A stretch of 56,560 nucleotides of DNA from Ministeria vibrans ATCC 50519 (taxonomy: Eukaryota; Protista; Filasterea): positions 1 through 56,560 of the forward strand of contig CALSCP010000372.1 of NCBI GenBank assembly GCA_943704425.1, read 5' to 3'. Numbering within the stretch: the first letter of the stretch is position 1; every line of letters begins with the position of its first letter. Position numbers and translations under genes: made by a program. Positions 52,098-56,560 of this stretch are shown one piece after another. The notes beneath the pieces are model-generated. The model was not told where the DNA came from. It saw only the letters and a list, made by a program, of their open reading frames with translations, and made no database searches.

Positions 52098-53200
52098 TCG
52101 ATGTAGGAGGAGTGGATGTGTGTATGACAATAGCACCAAAAGACGGACAAAGAAGATGAAGACGTTATGATTGTGAGTTTGTGTTTCTTTGTAGGAGTGT
52201 AAGAGTGTATTATGCTGCGAAGGAGAGCTACTTGACGAGGCAGTGGATATCATGACAACATCATCATCAGAATCATCAGAATCCGAAACGTATGCGCTGC
52301 CCCGACTCAAGACTGACTATGGCTTGCACCTGTGTCTTGTCAACACACCACCTCATCAGCAGCTCTTCAATGCTCATGTGCGCCGCTACCTCCTTCAACG
52401 TCTCCGCCTTCTCTCTTGTTCTGTGGCGCCCCCGCTCCACATCCACGAGCGCCTCACACGTGCCGCGAGCACTGTGGCCACGGGCCACTTTGCAGCGCGT
52501 GCCACTGACGACGTCATTGTGTCACTTGACGCTGATTCGCTCTGGCACACGCGTGTCGTTCCCATGCAACCTTTACCGGCTCAAACTGACCATCTTGTCG
52601 AGGCTGCTCCCTTGGCTGTCACATGGGGCACTGCCTCTCGCGTTGCGTCTGTACGTTTTATTGTTCCGTTCAACCCACGTGATTTTTTTCTCTTTCTCTG
52701 CCCGTTTCTGTGTGGTTGTTTTTTACTGTTGTCCGTCTGTTTTGTTCCTACTTCCTTTATACTTTGTTTTTGTTTCTCTCTCTCTCTTGTATATACATTA
52801 ATGTTATAATTTCATCTCTCTCTTTTTTTTACAGAGCTCAATCAGTTATGTCGAAAACACAATTGTGTTTCAGGTGGACGCACCGGGGGTGACATCGGAT
52901 GGTCTGCACGTCACAGTCAGTACCGACCGTCTCAGCGTGCAAATTCAGTTGCAACGCGCAATTCCAAGTCACAATGGACACCAAAGAACCGCCGAGTGGG
53001 TCCGTCCTGAAACTGACATTTTCGTGCCCTCCACTCAACAGTCGTGTGTGAGCTCAGACCGATTTGATGTGGTTGCTTTTGAGATTCGCTGTCAGGACAC
53101 TCATCAGTTTCACACCTGCTGGCTCGAGGATGGAATCTGCTACGCTGATTGGCTGATGTGCGAAAGAGGGGAAACAGAAGAGAGTAGCTATACCAGATGA
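50569..53200 (+). CDS. Degenerate (pseudo-)GTPase + HSP20-like paralogue with a duplicated hydrophobic N-terminal domain (cluster gene C); spliced
   Basis: Collinear remnants LSELSDIGWTV, VVCIAGGTNAS (no GKT), LVDVAN (for DTAG), DAMILVVSHLSLDELCLL, VFIIHL, HLCLVN...FN, FQVDAPGV, WLEDGI. Confidence 0.68.
52018..52027. other. Assembly gap (10 N) in an intron of gene C, between (TG)n tracts
   Basis: N run. Confidence 1.
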
Positions 53201-53307
53201 GAGATTGTTGAGGTGTGGTTAAAAGAGAAGAGGACTCACTCAGAGGGTTGTGCAATAGAAGTGAAGTAAAAGAGAGAAGATTTTTATTTTTCAGAGAAAT
53301 AGTGCTT

Positions 53308-55120
53308 TTATATTTTCACAAAGAAGTCAATAGAGAACCAATAGTAAGCAACGATGAGCCACGAGACAGCGCCAATGATGGACATGGGCAGCTGATGAGC
53401 ATAGGTGTTCGGAGTGAGGTAGGAGAAGGGAAAATACGGCTGAAGGAGCTCACTGCCACAGTACACTGCAATCGAGTTCATTCCTGTGCAAAGGAGGGAG
53501 AGTGAAGGAGTCAGAGTGAGCAATTTTTTTACAAGTAGTTCTTTTGAGTGTGTCACGTATGCACAAATTCTTAAATTTGACTTACCGGGGTAGATAAAAG
53601 GAGCGCCATTCCACCATTTCTTGACATCAATGAGAACGTACGCAATGGAGAGCATGAGAGTGCCCGTTCCCGCCATGCAAAGAACGAACGATAGAGACCT
53701 ACACACAGATCAAGTGCGTGACACATCAGAGTTTGAATGGTCAGTCTTAAGATAGAACGAACAAGGGGAGCGCGTTTTTACCAGAGGTTCTTGTTGAGGG
53801 GGATAACACCAGTGTTTTGTGCGCCACCACAGAGGGCAGTGCCGAGCAAAGCCCAGATGAGACCGACTGTGACAAGTCGTTTGAGACGCATTGCGTGAGT
53901 TTCGTAGCTCACAAGAACGCGACCCACATGGTAACCTGGAGGGAAGACGAAAGAGGAGAGAGTAACAATGAGAGAGTGTGTTCATGAAGGGAATTTTCAT
54001 AAGGATGTGAAAGGAAGTACAACAATTGTCGTAGGTTGATAGGGTGGCACTTCAGCGTTAGGGTGTGGGGTGACTTGTCGTGTCATTTAAAACTAGTTTA
54101 GGCAATGTTTGCATCTCTCACTCTCTTCCTACCAAAATAAGTAATCACAATGGACGTCAAACAGCCCAACAGTCCTTCCGGATCATATGCTCCAGTCCCA
54201 TATGTAAATTTGCACGTTGGATCCTACAAAAAAAAAAGGTCGCAAAAAATTATAATAATTATGATTAAATTCAAACAAGCAACAAGACAGTTTTTTTTTA
54301 AAAAAAAAACAAACAAACAAAAATTGAAACCACATCATAGTCATGCACAGCCATGATAATTAATAATTCTACAGTAACCACACACACCTGATAAATATGC
54401 CTTTCACCAAACACTTTGCGGTCCAGCCAGCCTGCAGTGCCTCCAGTGCACTCCACCGCCGTCCCATACGTCCCATACACTCCTCCTGGCCCAATATACC
54501 CTTTGGGGCACCCGTCAATGTGCGGTACAAACGTTGCAATGAGCCACACAACCGCCAAAGACAGGATAACAACCCATTGACGCCAGAAGATGACAATGTC
54601 GCGAAACGGATTGCTTTTGCGCACCAGATCATCATGCTCGGGGATCAAATAGACCACACAGGCAACGCAAAAGAAGCTGATTCCAAAGCGCTGGAGGACA
54701 CCCGGAATGCGCCAGTTTGCAATGTCATAGCCATTGTTCAAGAAGAGCCCGAGTCCAACGAGAATGAGTGAGCGGCGCACGATGCGATAAAAGAAGGAGG
54801 AAAGAGGAGGGCGGTTGCGCAGGAGCCGTTTGAAGCTCAGTGCCATTGAGACGCCCATCATGAAGATAAACCAGGGGAAGACAAGGTCTGCAACAGTCAG
54901 TCCGTTCCACACTGAATGGTCAAAGAACCTATGATTGATTTTGAAATGAAAAATTAGTAATAATAATGTTAATTATGTTTGGTGTAAAGATGTAAGATGA
55001 TAGATGTGCATGTAAAATGTAAGATGTTAGAAGATGTAAACTGTAAGATGTAAGATGTAAGATGTAAGATGTAGATGTAAAGTGTAAAGATTGTCAACCA
55101 AATCAACACACACACACACA

Positions 55121-55175
<55 letters not shown>

Positions 55176-56428
55176 AATTATATAAAAACGTACCAGTAAC
55201 CACCGCCGCCATAGTTGACAAAGATCATGATGAAGAGGGCAAAGCCACGAAAGGAGTCGAGGGAGCGCAGACGGCCTTGGCGAGGGCGGTGGGGGTCAGG
55301 CTTGGCTGCACGCGCATGCAGACGCACCGCCGTGTCCTTGGCCAGCTCCTCGGCAGGCGACAGGATAGGTGCTGCGCCTGTGGAGATAATGGAGTGGCGT
55401 GAGTTGTGTGTGGCGTTAACGCTACCACTGCCGTCATTGCCGCCACCACCACTGGCGTTGAGGCTGGCGGTTGAGCCACCTGTGACGGTGAGATGGGCGT
55501 TCTCCTGCACTGTCGCATCCCATGAGTCGTTGATGAGACGCTCATACTCGGGCGCGGTATGAAGTTTGATTTTGCGGGCGTTGGTGCAGCTTTCGTAGAT
55601 CACGCGGCTCAGCATAAAGGCCATAATGAGTCCGGCAAGCACACCAAACGCGACAAAGAGTGGCGTGTAACGCGGCAAACCGTCAATGTCGGGGATGACG
55701 AGAATGCCCGGGGCGTCAACACTGCCATACACCACAATGGTGTTCGAGCTCATCTCGCCAAACGGGTACACGTCAAGAAAAAGTTGTTGGCCGGTCGCCG
55801 AAGAGGAAACCTATGAGTCAAAACAAATGAATAGTCCTTATGAGTCAGATGACGGAGATGAAAAGATTCCTCCTCCTACCTGCAGCCTCTGGCCGTGGTC
55901 AGCCTCGATCGTCGTGTAGTTGGTAGGGGGGTCGAGGGGTCGGATGGCGGCGGCAAGGGGCGGCAGACGAAAGAGGCACTGGTAGCAGTTTGAGGACTGG
56001 ATGGAGACGGTGACGGGCGCAGAGCCGGGCGTCATGGTGTTGAGGACACGCGCCACAGCCTGGTTGACGCCAATGGCATACTCGCCGACGGCGGTTTCGG
56101 CGGACAGCGTGACGGCAACGTCCGACGTGTTGCGCTTGAGATTGGCGTAGACGACAAAGGTTGACGAGGTCGACTCCGAGAGCAACACCGGCGTCGGCAG
56201 CGTCGCGTTGTTGACGCGCACCGTCGCCAGGCCACACGGCACCTCGTAGAACGCCGAATACTGCAGCGGGCGGACGCCACCGACCAGCAACGTCTCATTC
56301 AGATACAACGCCCAAGAGTCCGCCAGACTGCTCACAGAGACCAGCCGCACGTACGCCGCCGGCGCCCCCAGTGCCGCCATCGGCAGAACCAGTGCCGCCA
56401 ACAGCGCAAGCCCCAGCGATCGTCGCAT
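53308..56428 (-). CDS. HGSNAT: Heparan-alpha-glucosaminide N-acetyltransferase with an extended luminal N-terminus; spliced
   Basis: Signal peptide; CYQCLF luminal motif; [10 protein letters not shown]...[11 protein letters not shown]|[57 protein letters not shown]|[16 protein letters not shown]. Confidence 0.96.
54988..55090. repeat. Degenerate 7-mer (GATGTAA)n minisatellite, followed by (AC)n, in HGSNAT intron
   Basis: Direct reading: taagatgtaagatgtaagatgtaagatg. Confidence 0.85.
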
Positions 56429-56503
56429 ATGTGTTCAGGAAGGTTTCAGGAGAAGAAAAAAAACGTGACCCAATATTATTATTAAAATATAATAATATTA
56501 TTC

Positions 56504-56560
<57 letters not shown>

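Noticed and set aside
56504-56560. Terminal poly-T run
   Set aside because: Homopolymer at the window or contig end; no evidence for a retroposed element.

Overview
Compact, intron-rich eukaryotic DNA (GT-AG introns full of CT/GT/TAT microsatellites, intergenic gaps mostly 90-400 bp, many head-to-head gene pairs). About 25 protein-coding genes were rebuilt by manual splicing: PPCS (partial), CWC15, an NDP-glucose 4,6-dehydratase, an F-box/ankyrin protein, an LRR protein, Met-tRNA formyltransferase, FNDC3-like, MZT1, DJ-1/PfpI, GH20 hexosaminidase, SAP18, SETD8, GDAP2-like, a PX protein, STI1/HOP, RCC1-like, two tandem O-fucosyltransferase-family genes, a collagen IV-like gene, an ER-resident 2OG-Fe(II) oxygenase, ARMT1, a GTPase-HSP20 cluster and HGSNAT. 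Gene content and compactness suggest a unicellular holozoan; a filasterean such as Ministeria, in which a collagen IV-like gene is known, is a plausible but unproven source. Two regions stand out. (1) 30.2-42.3 kb: a secreted chimeric fibre protein (signal peptide, ~600 aa Ser/Ala/Thr beta-repeat shaft, coiled coil, about 70 Gly-X-Y triplets with a phage-collagen-like insert, reduced-cysteine collagen IV NC1). It is flanked directly by an RDEL-tagged prolyl-hydroxylase-like oxygenase and two glycosyltransferases, a candidate collagen-plus-modifying-enzyme cluster. (2) 44.2-53.2 kb: two intact P-loop GTPase + HSP20-like proteins, a membrane-type pseudo-GTPase paralogue and an orphan, arranged as two divergent pairs. 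All calls come from reading the sequence and recalling family motifs; no searches were run.
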